From Sporopachydermia quercuum (taxonomy: Eukaryota): a stretch of DNA of 64,000 nt. A program made the position numbers and the translations under genes. The notes below the pieces were generated by a model, which was not told the DNA's origin, did not search any database, and worked only from the letters and a program-made list of their open reading frames with translations. Numbering within the stretch: position 1 is the stretch's first letter; each line of letters starts with the position of its first letter. The stretch spans positions 124,001 to 188,000 of the forward strand of contig BCGN01000008.1 in NCBI GenBank assembly GCA_001599295.1. The letters are read 5' to 3'. Positions 45,201 through 55,691 of this stretch are shown in pieces.

Positions 45201-45380
45201 GGAATTGCAGATCAAAGTACCATTTCCCAGTACCAAGAAATCTGTATCAGCGTCTAGTTGCTTATCGCATTTTGAACAATGGAAACAGTTGATATGCCAT
45301 CTTTCACCTCCGAGTTCAAAAGCTTGGACTTCGTCTAGCAGCAATGAGCATTTGCGACAATACTCTGAGTCGGGTTCCAT
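42243..45380 (-). CDS. RGA1: LIM-domain Rho GTPase-activating protein (Rga1/Rga2 family)
   Basis: Two N-terminal LIM domains, a low-complexity middle with a coiled coil, and a C-terminal RhoGAP domain (GLYRKSG, LKKYLRSLP.P, NLSVVFAPT). Confidence 0.92.
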   Translation of the reverse strand: MEPDSEYCRKCSLLLDEVQAFELGGERWHINCFHCSKCDKQLDADTDFLVLGNGTLICNSCSYSCYMCKKKIDDLAILTGDQAYCSKCFCCRNCKRKIENLRYARTSKGLFCMPCHEKLLQRKRKKQQLKDLEKGFHNRHLTQGESKVPRSDSFQNKLLPRLPENVSSSEKISHNSDSSPNNDSITSFTTASATSESIISSALHTPLQSPSKESTKKLRSPMVPQGKSKKFSSDTVVTSSTLTKPNGNVSEFLKSPSARIYNPSSPFSPGNRGAIIIENEEEPCILPGEFGEDSAVDPFQIVLDIQVQSPEHKSIINSKTNSQSQQNPNLEQVGSKNEKDNRTKTTSNKFEEKSSPELTKKDSLYMLGIMETYGEDDDEESSSNSEKKHSNLSRNMKLRTKPLVSSETSIRLATPVATSVFTADNDSVAITSSSDESITNISTSTVSTSTSNISNGHTTGKPATNVSNTVNNSSNHGVAAGTTEHQTETCVEEFSTPKKISSSSSSNSNIALPQVQEFSPLFSNSFIDELSPGERNVKPKESKMSRSLSLFRRERSRSASNSESRNNGNNNNNSNNQFTPGHSRNNSSVGSNHELLLRSFASSSTLKNNKNRSAPTNDNNSIDNSNFNGSPNNFNSIYTSSTIEEKDHQKTSIPIVSTQSMGSSDTNSLLHLTKENESLRNELLSLKSLLSEKDNTIKSLQERLAELRSIQQQPQPYSQLHSKPMTHSQSLSLSLPQSQTQSHGQQIPISVSVGSNLNDYDGSNTEDEPPATILEGAHTEIIDARKHEKAKLAFWKRKGSAMAKFFASSETPGSSATGGNSASSTSSLPYDPKQLSSLNPQLYRDPLLDMKLDVRATYEGLDIPFLLSRIMKEVELRGLSSQGLYRKSGAQSQVETVLAAFRSAGRQHVSTTDLDTVLECDVNALTSALKKYLRSLPIPVIPFDQYDLFVSIAEYQTLSMKINQMRELVHQLSSTHYKSLKALCGHLTKVAEHSKENLMHVGNLSVVFAPTIAWEETNIREADDMRAKNEAVHVLLGHYEQIFAE

Positions 45381-46898
45381 CTTGGATTACTGGTGAATTT
45401 GATGGTTCAAATGCTGTGTTGTAGTTGAATTGTTGATGCAAATATTGTATATTTGTTTGTATCAGTTCTGTCGGGTATGAATGACGTATGCTGCCACGTT
45501 ACTGGTTTTCAATGCATATTACAAACGGTAAGATTAAGATGAAGATATTAACCAAGTGTTTTGAAAGGAATGTGAAAACACCAATAAAAAAGGGAATACT
45601 GAAGAAATGCAATAATGGTTGATAATTTTTATTTTTTTTGCATTCAATACTAGGAGTAGTACGAAGGAAAAGCGTTGATCGAGAATTGTTGGTGATCAAA
45701 TAAACGTAGGTCCAGTAAAACAGATAATCGTTTTACAAATAGTTACAAAAGGATTTCAGTGCAAAATCGGTGTCAGCTTAGTGGTGAGCATTTGTGGATC
45801 TTTTAAAGTCATTAGTAGACATAAAAGTACCGCTCACAACCCAAATCGTGTAACTACTTAATTACATAATGGTTCGTTTGCAGAAGTAACCAGTAACTCT
45901 GGAGAGCGAGGCTTGTTCATCTGAGGAAGAAAACTAGATCTGTACCAAAGAAAAGAATTAAAGTTCTAAACTGTAAATAAAGTGTGGTTCTAAATGGTTT
46001 GAACGAAGAATTAGCGCGCTTGATTACAGGGGTAATGAGACACTTCTTATAGATATGTGACTTAAGAAAGTCTACTAAGGTAAATAATTTGCTTCGAGTT
46101 CAGATTGAGTAATAATGATTCAAAAAGATGATCATTATACTGTGTTTTTGGTAAATTTGATGAAGAAACAGGAGTAGAGACTGTTATTTTTTTTTTTAGG
46201 GGATGAACTTGCTAATAATTATGAACCATTAGAAATCAAGTTGCTGTTGTTGAGCGCAGCTATGTTCTTTCTTTCCTGCAAATTGTGCATTATACTAGCT
46301 AATAGAACATGGAATATAAGTCCCAAAAGGGGCATTGCACAGTTCGCGTTAATTGAAAGATTCAACCTGGAATTAGTTGATGAAAAGAAAACCACCATGG
46401 TTTCCTGAACCATGTATAATCTAGCCAGGTCCAGATTCTGTATACTGACAATCTGCTGATATTATCATACAATTGAACCTAGTTGATAAACTAACCATTC
46501 ACCTCTAAATTAACAGAGCACACATTTTTCTATATGATTACAACGAAGGAGAAAAGATTATTATTATTAATTGTTCATATATACCGTAGAAATAAGGAAG
46601 CCTATCAATATTGAGTAACGTTCCGGATTTGAAATTTGACACGATATGACTTTTACCCTCAGCTAGAGCTATTTTTTTCCATTCAATGCCAATCAGAGAT
46701 AACTTGATACATCTTTTTTTAATTCTTATTTTCCAATGAAAATTTGTTCGGTCAATAGAAATAACTTGATTCTTTTGTTTAGGTGCACCAGGTCTATGAA
46801 ATTTCTCAACCACCTGTTAATTCTTTCTACATTCTTACATTCTTATGTACAGCTCCATCCTGCCGAAATCTGCATGCGCAACACTAACCTCACAAAGT

Positions 46899-46932
46899 TA
46901 ATTGACTTTTTCCTAATCGGGAAATAACGCGT
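46899..46932. promoter_or_regulatory. Composite Yox1/Yhp1 site, Mcm1 ECB and MCB upstream of RGA
   Basis: TAATTG at 46899-46904; TTTCCTAATCGGGAAA at 46909-46924 (reverse complement fits TTWCCCNNNNAGGAAA); ACGCGT at 46927-46932. Confidence 0.6.
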
Positions 46933-48011
46933 CAGAATTTCCAAGTTAAAGTTTACTAATGCACAAACCTAATTTAAGCATTTCTATTAGCATTACTGGA
47001 AATTCTATTAAAAATGAGGAAAAGGGGAGAAAACAAAAGGTAATAGAGCGCTTGAAATGAGAACAACTAACATAACACATGGAATAATCTTGGGGCTTTG
47101 TTCATGCGAATATCCCACTGAGAAATCCATTGAATAGAGTAGATTACTGTCTCGTAATATCATCTATCTCATCATTACTTTTAATGATTGATAAGGAACG
47201 GAGAATATAATGAATGCATTATAGAAAAGTAATAAAAGAGAATAAAAGCTTTACGTTTATTGACATAAATCATTCATGGTATTTAAATTAATTATCCCAC
47301 CGTAGTGATATTGGTAACTCACTTGTTTCCTTTTCCGACTAGACCCGACCCGGCCCGAAGCTGAGGCCAATCCGAATCCGAATCATTCTTATGTTTAATT
47401 GACCAGACTGATGGGCAGTTCAGTTGATCCGATGTGATTCTACTGATCTACTGAAATGCCGGCATATATATGCCATTGTATACTTTATAAGCTTCATTAT
47501 TTATGTTATTAGCTATTCGTATATACATTCGGGTCACAACTTATTATTTTCACGATCAACTATGACTAAACAGCTGTCGCTGTTTCTCTGCTGTATCAGC
47601 AGGTGATTCAATTGATTAAGATTTCTTAGAGCAAATAAGTTGTTTCTCGTTTCTAACACTATTAATGGTAACCGTTGGTCATTCATTTATCATAGGAGTA
47701 AACCATTCCATCAAAATTCGCGGCATAGGAACCAATACCGTTTCTAGGTTAGCTCGGTTTAACACTCTTTTCGGTATAACCCCCAACTATTAACAATTGG
47801 CGTTTTTACCAGCGCTTTTACCAATATTTTCACTCAAGAAATGTCATAGCGTTTCTATCCATTCAAATCAAGTGGTTCAAGCAATTCACCACTCATAATA
47901 ACATTCTCACTGTATAACCAAACACTCTGGACATTTTAACAGGCTAAGCAGTCCCCGCCATCACCATCCATAATGATGTAATCAGCTCTGGAAATATTAT
48001 TACTCATCACC

Positions 48012-50135
48012 TCAAGAACAATAATACAAATTGACATTCAACTGTATCGACAGCATCTTCATATCGTTATCATTCGCTGACGCCTGTCCAGTTCCTCTCG
48101 ATAGATCGAGCGCTAAGTATTTCATACGTTTATTGAAATACCTAGAAATGCTATTCAATCGTTCGTTTAACACCAAAAGATTTTTCCTTTCTGAGACTCC
48201 AATTTCTTCCCCTAATTGTTCCACAGCTTCTTGTTCGATTTCCAATTCTTTGATTCCATCAACGGCAGCTAGAAACGATTCAATCAATACTAATATTTGA
48301 AATATTTCGCTTTTGATTTCCTTGCCAGTGAATGACCCAGTTAAACCTGGTGTAAGAAGACCCTTCCCAGTTATGTTGGCAAGGTAATTTCTATGGAGGG
48401 ACCGCAAAGCATCTAACGTATGTTTCCGAACTCTTCCGGTTTTCTCCGGGCCGAGGATGATCCCGATTTCTGCTAATGCCGATAACTCGGAGCCGGTCAC
48501 ATGATCCACAAGGCGGTCTTGAGTGTTTTCTAATGCGCTGATTAAGCTTTCCCACGACTTATCAATGGTTTGAAAGAAATATTGGAGGATATCCGAGAGG
48601 AAGTATCTCATTCCACTCGCTAGAAGGGTAATTTTCATATTCCGCTTGTGCCGACTGTTCCGACTGTCTCCTAGTCTGTCATTGTTTCCGTAATTCCTGC
48701 TTTTCCTCCGCCATTGTTTCCTTTTCCTCTCGAAACTTAAGCGCTCCCATAAATCCCGTAACCCCTTTTCCGCCCGCCGGAACCTCCACAGCATATTAAA
48801 CATCTTTAAGTACCCTTTCTGGGTTTGTAATTCTAAGATCTTAGCCACAGGATTGCTTTCAAGCCGATAATCCAAGGTGAAAACTTCCCAGGCCGCCGTT
48901 GCTGCACCACCGGACGGCCCAATGTCCAATAACCGGGCGTCCACTGCATTCTGAACCTCCACAGACTCCCGTCCTGCCGTTGTAGTCGCCTTTGCCATTT
49001 CTAGTATCCGCGTCACTTGGTGAGATGCCACAGACCCCGCCGGCATGTTTAGAAACCCACCCGCTGATAGTAAAGCTTCTATGAAATCTCCGTTACCCAT
49101 TAATATGTATTTTCTCAAGCCTGATAGATGCTGAGCAAAACTGCATTTATGGTATAAAACAGCTATTGTTTGATCGAGTAATTCGTTATACATGTTATCC
49201 ACGGCTTGGATCAGTTTCCTCATCACAGAGGAAACGCTAGGTTCGGATCTGGCTGCTGAAAAATCGCGAGCATGCCGTTCGGCGAATTGGTCAGCCCAGC
49301 GAATTTCTCGGCAGGAGTCCTTTAGAAATACCAGCGTTTTACCGACATGGAGGATCCGTTCCGCAACTTCGACCGAGAAAAACTCGGGAACAGCAGAAGG
49401 ATCTATTGAGAAACATGAAATTGGATCCGAGGATACGGAATTGACAAAAAACTCTCCAAATTTGTCTTCCAAAACTCCAAACAAAACCCACTGTTCTACC
49501 ATTCGGAAAAAAGGTTCACATGTCTGTCGGAAGATCCCGGTGGCCAGGGTCCAAAGTTCGAGATTGCCGTGATTCACATATCGGAACACTTGGGACAGGA
49601 ATGGTCCCGCTTTTTGTCCTGAAGCAAGGCTTGTGTATAAATGCCATAAAAATCGGAGTCGGAAAGTGTCTTCCGAAAGCTCGGTATGAACTGTTTGAAG
49701 GGTAATTTCGGAATAGCCCATTGAAAGAGAATCCACTTGTACGGCTAAAGCATTAACTCGGGGAACATAGCTGGATTCAAGCGTTTGACTGACAGCTCGG
49801 GAAAAAGCGGAAGAAATTTGGCCCCTAGTTGGAGGACCGCTATTTAGATATCGATAGAGCATACCTAATTCTATTAGGTCAGCGGATATGTTGGCTTGGC
49901 CCGCAGGAAGAGAGTTTGGAACGAAAACGGAATGGAAGTCCTTTGTCGCAGGAAAGACTGCTGAAGGCGATCCGAGCAGAATGTACATTAATGATTGCAG
50001 TAGGGATGCCTCATTTGGGTCGCATTCTGGTCGGGACTGTCGAAGAATATCAGCCAATGCCGGCACTGACGCCATCCCAGGATTCAGTTGTTCCGGACGA
50101 TGGGAGAGGGGTATCTGTGGTTGATGTGAATACAT
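48012..50135 (-). CDS. SPC98: Gamma-tubulin complex subunit GCP3/Spc98
   Basis: GRIP1/GRIP2 patterns: W...G.LED.FGEFFV, VPEFFS..VAERILHVGKTLVFL, LRKYILMGNGDFI and WEVFTLDY...YLKMFNMLWRFRR. Confidence 0.85.
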   Translation of the reverse strand: MYSHQPQIPLSHRPEQLNPGMASVPALADILRQSRPECDPNEASLLQSLMYILLGSPSAVFPATKDFHSVFVPNSLPAGQANISADLIELGMLYRYLNSGPPTRGQISSAFSRAVSQTLESSYVPRVNALAVQVDSLSMGYSEITLQTVHTELSEDTFRLRFLWHLYTSLASGQKAGPFLSQVFRYVNHGNLELWTLATGIFRQTCEPFFRMVEQWVLFGVLEDKFGEFFVNSVSSDPISCFSIDPSAVPEFFSVEVAERILHVGKTLVFLKDSCREIRWADQFAERHARDFSAARSEPSVSSVMRKLIQAVDNMYNELLDQTIAVLYHKCSFAQHLSGLRKYILMGNGDFIEALLSAGGFLNMPAGSVASHQVTRILEMAKATTTAGRESVEVQNAVDARLLDIGPSGGAATAAWEVFTLDYRLESNPVAKILELQTQKGYLKMFNMLWRFRRAEKGLRDLWERLSFERKRKQWRRKSRNYGNNDRLGDSRNSRHKRNMKITLLASGMRYFLSDILQYFFQTIDKSWESLISALENTQDRLVDHVTGSELSALAEIGIILGPEKTGRVRKHTLDALRSLHRNYLANITGKGLLTPGLTGSFTGKEIKSEIFQILVLIESFLAAVDGIKELEIEQEAVEQLGEEIGVSERKNLLVLNERLNSISRYFNKRMKYLALDLSRGTGQASANDNDMKMLSIQLNVNLYYCS

Positions 50136-51171
50136 ATTGAGATCTCGGATGTTGAGAAAATCCCGTTAGGAGGAGACTTCCGATCGGCCTGGAATGTTTA
50201 TTGTGATATGGTTGGTTGCTTTGTGATGGAGACTGAACCAAGAGAATAGCTGTACAAACGGAGTGATAAATGAGCGACAATAATTTCAACGTGGAAATTT
50301 CAGTTTGATGTGCAGTGAAAGTAGTCTCGGAAGCGGATAGGGATAAATCTCGGAAGAGGAAGCCGAATCAGTTTGATCTAAGTGGATCAGAAAGAAGAGA
50401 TTGGCTGATTTGTGATAAATGTAAACAAACAACGAAAAAAGGAAATGAGAATAACGGAGAAGATCTCAAAATGGTGATTACGTAATAATAAACAAACTTG
50501 AGATAAGAAGATCAGAACTGCAAAGGATACTTTTTGTCTTATAACAGGTAACTATATGGCAATGGATTGCTTGAGATGGTTCCTAGAAAGAAATTTGGGT
50601 ATAAATCTTATGAAATTATAAGTAAATGGAGTGATTTTGAGTCTGTTTGTTATTAGACTACTATATTATACGAAATAGCTATTTTAACAGTGTTATATTA
50701 TTACTTTTGCATAATTGTATTAGATTCTCTACTGGAGAAAATCTACAGCGGACAGTATGATATCTCCCGGACAAAGGGACCGAATGCTTCTTAAGTAACG
50801 TCTGATTTCTTCCCATTAGAGCTGAATAGATGAATTACCGCAACCACTAATAAAAAGAGTGTCTCCATTAATATAATACAAAAAATATGAAAACAATGAG
50901 CTATTCAGCTCCTGCAATTCTCAAGCTCTCAAACTGTCCACTATTTCTTCTGTCTGGTTTTTCATTCCGTCCCATAACACCTACTGTTAAATCCCTGCAC
51001 AATTCACCATCTTCTCCGCTTTCGATATATCAGTTACCTTATCAACTTATCTATCATTATTTAATCTTTTTATTTTCCCATTATTCCTTTGCAGATGAGC
51101 CTATTTTCTCCCGATAGTCAAATTTCTTATTCATTAGAAACTATTTGTTGCATTCATAGTGACCCCAAGAA

Positions 51172-52335
51172 ATGGACAGCACTATTGACGCGTTTTCTTT
51201 TGATGAGGATGATCTGTTTGGCGACGAAGCTCAAGAGCCAAACGCGTCAAATGATCGTCAACAACAACGTCAGGAAACGCAAAGTTCTGCTAACGACGTA
51301 GAAAAGGACGTTCTTGGAATTGACTCAGAAGTCGAAATAAAGCACCGGAGGAAACTTGTAGTTCTAGACGAAGAAAAGTTACTGCAACCAAAGGGTCTAC
51401 CGAGAATACGTAAAACAGTTGCTAATGCTACAAGTAAGAATAATCCTTTGAGACTGAAAGGCAAAGGCCACGAGATACAAGATTTGCAGCGAATAATAGA
51501 ATTCTATCAATTATGGGCACATTCGGTGTTTCCGAAAGCTCGGCTTGAGGATTTTGCCGTGTTAGCTGATTCACTTGGGAAACGTTCGAAAAGGTTACGT
51601 GAATATAGACTGGTGTGGATAGATGAAGCGATTGAGAAAACTCGTCTGGATGTTTTCGGGAACGTGGATCGAGATAGACACGATTTATTTGACACTGAGG
51701 AAGCTCGGAAAGAATTCGTGTCTGATGGAGAAATTCGGGCAAAAGTTGGTACTCATGGCAATAACGACATTCATGATAATGACAACGTTGAGAGTACAAA
51801 TCAAGATGTATTGGAAGAAAACGGAGAAAATAGCGGCGTTTCAAAGATTAGACGTTCTCGGATTATTCACAGCGGTTCTGAGGACGATTTTAGCGATGAT
51901 ATGAACTCGAATTCCTTATTTATAGGTCGATCCGATATCTCATCCAGTATTTCGAGTAACAGGAATAGCAACAACATTACCAGCAATTTTACTTTTGATG
52001 CTGAAGATTCTGATGATGATAATTGGCTACAGGAAGCATTTGCAAAGGGTACGGACGTTAATAGAATCAATAATGATGCCGAGAATGTTTTAGGAGATGG
52101 AATAACTGGCAATAATGAAGCAATTACTGGTATAACGGAGAATTCAACATCGAAGATACGAATATCTATAAATCAAATACCGGAAGATATACCGGAAGAT
52201 ATACCACAACATACATCATCAAACACGAATGATATAACTTCTGAAATTCATCAAAATAATCAACGAATTCCAGATGAAGAGGATGAAGAAGAGGATGAAG
52301 ATGAGCTGGCTGTTTTGAGAGAAATGGGTCTATAA
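51172..52335 (+). CDS. CSM3: Replication fork protection protein Csm3/Swi3/Tipin
   Basis: LDEEKLLQPKGLP...KGKGHE..DL..IIEFYQLWAHSVFPKA...LGK Swi3 domain with an acidic tail. Confidence 0.92.
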   Translation: MDSTIDAFSFDEDDLFGDEAQEPNASNDRQQQRQETQSSANDVEKDVLGIDSEVEIKHRRKLVVLDEEKLLQPKGLPRIRKTVANATSKNNPLRLKGKGHEIQDLQRIIEFYQLWAHSVFPKARLEDFAVLADSLGKRSKRLREYRLVWIDEAIEKTRLDVFGNVDRDRHDLFDTEEARKEFVSDGEIRAKVGTHGNNDIHDNDNVESTNQDVLEENGENSGVSKIRRSRIIHSGSEDDFSDDMNSNSLFIGRSDISSSISSNRNSNNITSNFTFDAEDSDDDNWLQEAFAKGTDVNRINNDAENVLGDGITGNNEAITGITENSTSKIRISINQIPEDIPEDIPQHTSSNTNDITSEIHQNNQRIPDEEDEEEDEDELAVLREMGL

Positions 52336-53238
52336 TTCAATGACTGTTTATTTATAATAAATTAATTCTTGTGATGCAAATTGATAACTTTTCAATGGTT
52401 ATTTTTTATTGGGATTAGGTTTAATAACAGGTTCTCTTTTCAAGAATGGCAATATACATAAGAGAAGGAACAAGGATGATGGTATTAGAATAGTCTGATG
52501 CTCGCTGAGTTGATAATGTAGCAATGGTAACGGCAGAATAATAGTTACCTTACAGCATAGAATAATAGAATATCTTCCTTCCAATCGAAGAGTTGAATCT
52601 TTCATTATAATATTATCATTTCCTTTTCATTACACATAAGCATCGAATGATTTCCGGTACTAAGCTGATAGAAGTATATAATATCCGGTTTGAGTCATAC
52701 CATTATTTGCATTATTAATGCTAACCTCATCTCTCAGATATATTATCTTTTTCGGTCCTTCCTTTCTTTCTTTCTTTGTTTTTATTGAGACATATTGAAA
52801 CGATTTGCAATCATTATCTCACTTCTAGCTCCTTGACAGAAATCAAAAATCTAATACCTGTAAGAAAGTACTCCTAACTACAAAGACAATGAACAGCATG
52901 TACAGGTCTTAACGATTGAGTCTCATTTCAATTTTTTCTTTCATGTCAGGCTATTCCCATTTTATTACCTTCAATCCCTATATATCATTCTAAGATAAGC
53001 CTCAATTATTGTACATTTCTACTATTTTATAAAGAATTTTGGGTTCGGGTTTTCTAGTGTAACTAGCTGTTCCATTTAGTCAATAAAAAGCAAGCTTTTT
53101 TCCCTTTTGATGATAAATCACCATCATAACCCTCGGGTTAACTTCGGTTCTACGTTTCATGTATTCCGAGGTTTTACCACAGTGGGAGAGGATTTCAAGT
53201 TTGCTCTCCCGTTGTTCCGGATTGAAACCACGATCTCA

Positions 53239-55377
53239 TCACTGTAACTCAGTATTTTCACTCTGTTCAATTGAGTTCTGTTTGAGATATCCAACTAGAT
53301 CCCCAAGTTTTTCCGCTCCTAGTACATCCGCTTTCCGTGCCCATTCCATTACCGAGGTTTCGGCTTGTTTCCCTAATTCTGCATCCGGATCCGCTTCAGC
53401 ATCTGGGTCAACGTCAATGACATCTTCGGCATCTATTTCGTCAACCTCCATATCATGCACTATATCCTCATCGGGGTCATCTTGTGGTAGATCTGTGTCA
53501 ACCACATGGCCATGAGTACTACTATTATCTTCTATGCTGCCGTTATCGTATGCATCTACATTTCGGATATTATCCACATAATTGGATAGAAACTTACCCT
53601 CTTTATCTCTAGGCCTAACATGACTTGGATGCCGCTCTTCAAGTGGTATAAATCGTTCATCCAATAATTTTTGTACCTGAATAGTGTCAATATCGGCCCG
53701 AGCTACCAAACAATGTAGCTTATAACGACAAAGCCTTCTTAGAGTTGTCATGGATACGTCATCATAAAATCCATTAGCCTCAGAACAACTCTCGGGCGTT
53801 CCCAGAGTCGCAGATTCAAGCAAATCCACTACATCAGGATCGGATATGTCGATCAAGTGGAAATGTTTGATTTTCGGCACCGAATTGCCCGTGAAAGTAA
53901 ACCTTTTAGGTATAATTACATGTGATTGAGTCTTGAGACAAGATTTGAGTTTAGCAAGCAATTCGGAGGCCTCCGGACTAATGAAAGGTTCAAAGTTAGA
54001 ATCGGATTCAATTCTTCCGAGATTCTCCTTGACAAAATTCGGAAACGGAACTTTAATCAACGATGGAGTAATACTAGAACTATGGTACAATCCATCATCA
54101 TCAACGTCTTCTTCCTGTATAGTTCGGAACTCTTCAGTTTGAAATATCCGATATGAAACATCCGAGCTCGGATCAACTCCAAAGCGGATATAATTCCGTC
54201 TCCAAGGTCCGCTTAAGGCTGAATACGACACATAAGGCAAGGCATGTTTCAAAAAGGGTATAAACTCCGGGGGAACAATTTCCGGCCCTTCTAGTACTTT
54301 CCGGATCCAGCACGGCTGAATTGTGAATAGTTCCCTTAAATAGGTAATTGTTCCAAACAAGCACATATCGTTTTTCTCAGAGATGTCCAGTAACACGTGC
54401 TGATTTGTTTCCGAGCTTGTTTTCAACCGCTGAATTAACTCTTTCTTCTTTCCCAGTAACTTATCCATTCTTTCTTGAAGCTCGGGCCGACATTTCTCGG
54501 GAATGGGATCTCCCCAAGAATGCATAGACGGATAAATAATTTGCTTACGGATTCGGCTAATCAGTCTCGGATTTCCTGTTGTTTCATCTCGTACCAAGTG
54601 GGTAGACGGGTTATGTCGAAAGTTGTAGGCAAATGGTACAGGAAAAGTGGAAAAAACCGGAGGAGGAGGTAGATCAAACTCCGATGGCTTGAACTCAGGA
54701 TTTAAGATTCCGTCTCTCAAAATTTTAGCATTAAAACTAGTTTGATTCAATACCGAGCTCAGATTTTTAATCTCGGATAAATTTCCTTTGTACAGTGAAT
54801 TAGTTACCGTTTGTACAGTAGGCGAGTTGACAGTGGAATACTGAAAATCAGACATTTCACGGAAGCGAAACGTTTTGTTGATGATTGCCACAGGTTTCAC
54901 ATGATAGTCGGAACACAATTGTATTGCTTGGGAAATCTCGGAGGCAGATTTTCCTAGTTTTCCTTCGGCTTTTTCCCGTTGCACTTGTTTCCATATTTTT
55001 TTCGGGAAGGAGAACTTCAAAAGCACGTTCTGCTTATTTATTTGATGAGATTTTATCGGATGTTCAAAAAGGTTAAATCCGTCTTGGAACCGAAGTTCTA
55101 GAATGTTGTCATCTTCGGAATGAGCCACAATAGCCTTTTTGATCGAGTCTGAGCCACCTTCTATCTTGTTTATCAGTTTCTGGTAATCTGGAGGCGTTTT
55201 CGACGTGGGGGTTTTCAGCTTCACGGCAAACGGGAATTCTACTATGGACAAATGCGGGAGATCAAGTGATATTGTCGGAGCATATTTGGTGTGGTTAGGA
55301 GGTTCAATTGTGTGATTCCCGAATGTGGAAGAAGCCGAAGGTGCGGGAGTCGAAGCATCCAGAATCGGATGCGACAT
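53239..55377 (-). CDS. TFC1: TFIIIC subunit tau95
   Basis: IVEFP..VK, LELRF....FEHPI, KTFRFREMSDFQ, PPPPVFS..PVPFAY and GPWRRNYIRFGVDP......IFQTE, with an acidic C-terminus. Confidence 0.92.
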   Translation of the reverse strand: MSHPILDASTPAPSASSTFGNHTIEPPNHTKYAPTISLDLPHLSIVEFPFAVKLKTPTSKTPPDYQKLINKIEGGSDSIKKAIVAHSEDDNILELRFQDGFNLFEHPIKSHQINKQNVLLKFSFPKKIWKQVQREKAEGKLGKSASEISQAIQLCSDYHVKPVAIINKTFRFREMSDFQYSTVNSPTVQTVTNSLYKGNLSEIKNLSSVLNQTSFNAKILRDGILNPEFKPSEFDLPPPPVFSTFPVPFAYNFRHNPSTHLVRDETTGNPRLISRIRKQIIYPSMHSWGDPIPEKCRPELQERMDKLLGKKKELIQRLKTSSETNQHVLLDISEKNDMCLFGTITYLRELFTIQPCWIRKVLEGPEIVPPEFIPFLKHALPYVSYSALSGPWRRNYIRFGVDPSSDVSYRIFQTEEFRTIQEEDVDDDGLYHSSSITPSLIKVPFPNFVKENLGRIESDSNFEPFISPEASELLAKLKSCLKTQSHVIIPKRFTFTGNSVPKIKHFHLIDISDPDVVDLLESATLGTPESCSEANGFYDDVSMTTLRRLCRYKLHCLVARADIDTIQVQKLLDERFIPLEERHPSHVRPRDKEGKFLSNYVDNIRNVDAYDNGSIEDNSSTHGHVVDTDLPQDDPDEDIVHDMEVDEIDAEDVIDVDPDAEADPDAELGKQAETSVMEWARKADVLGAEKLGDLVGYLKQNSIEQSENTELQ

Positions 55378-55691
55378 AGTTACAATGCGGAATCCAACGA
55401 AAAAGGGTAATCTTTGTGCTAGATTTCGTAGATCATAACCAAAGTATTCAGCTGGTATTAGTCGGAACGCAGTCTCGGTAAAAGAAGCTGAAGAGGAAGG
55501 AATAACCAGCCGACAGTATCAGAAAAAACGGAAAAGATGCAGAGAAGCGGTACTGTCGCAAAAACAATACAAACACAAAAGATCATATAATCGGAAATGA
55601 CTTCGCATAACTTCGAGACTAGATTAGATACAATATTAACTCATCAAATTGCGAATTTATGATTACACTATCATCTATGATGGATCAACGA

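Noticed and set aside
45770..45845. tRNA D-arm-like AGCTTAGTGGTGAGCA
   Set aside because: No T-loop GTTCRA, acceptor stem or anticodon stem can be built.
47798..47825. U5 snRNA loop-like CTTTTACCA sequences
   Set aside because: They do not match the invariant GCCTTTTAC, and there is no flanking stem or clear Sm site.
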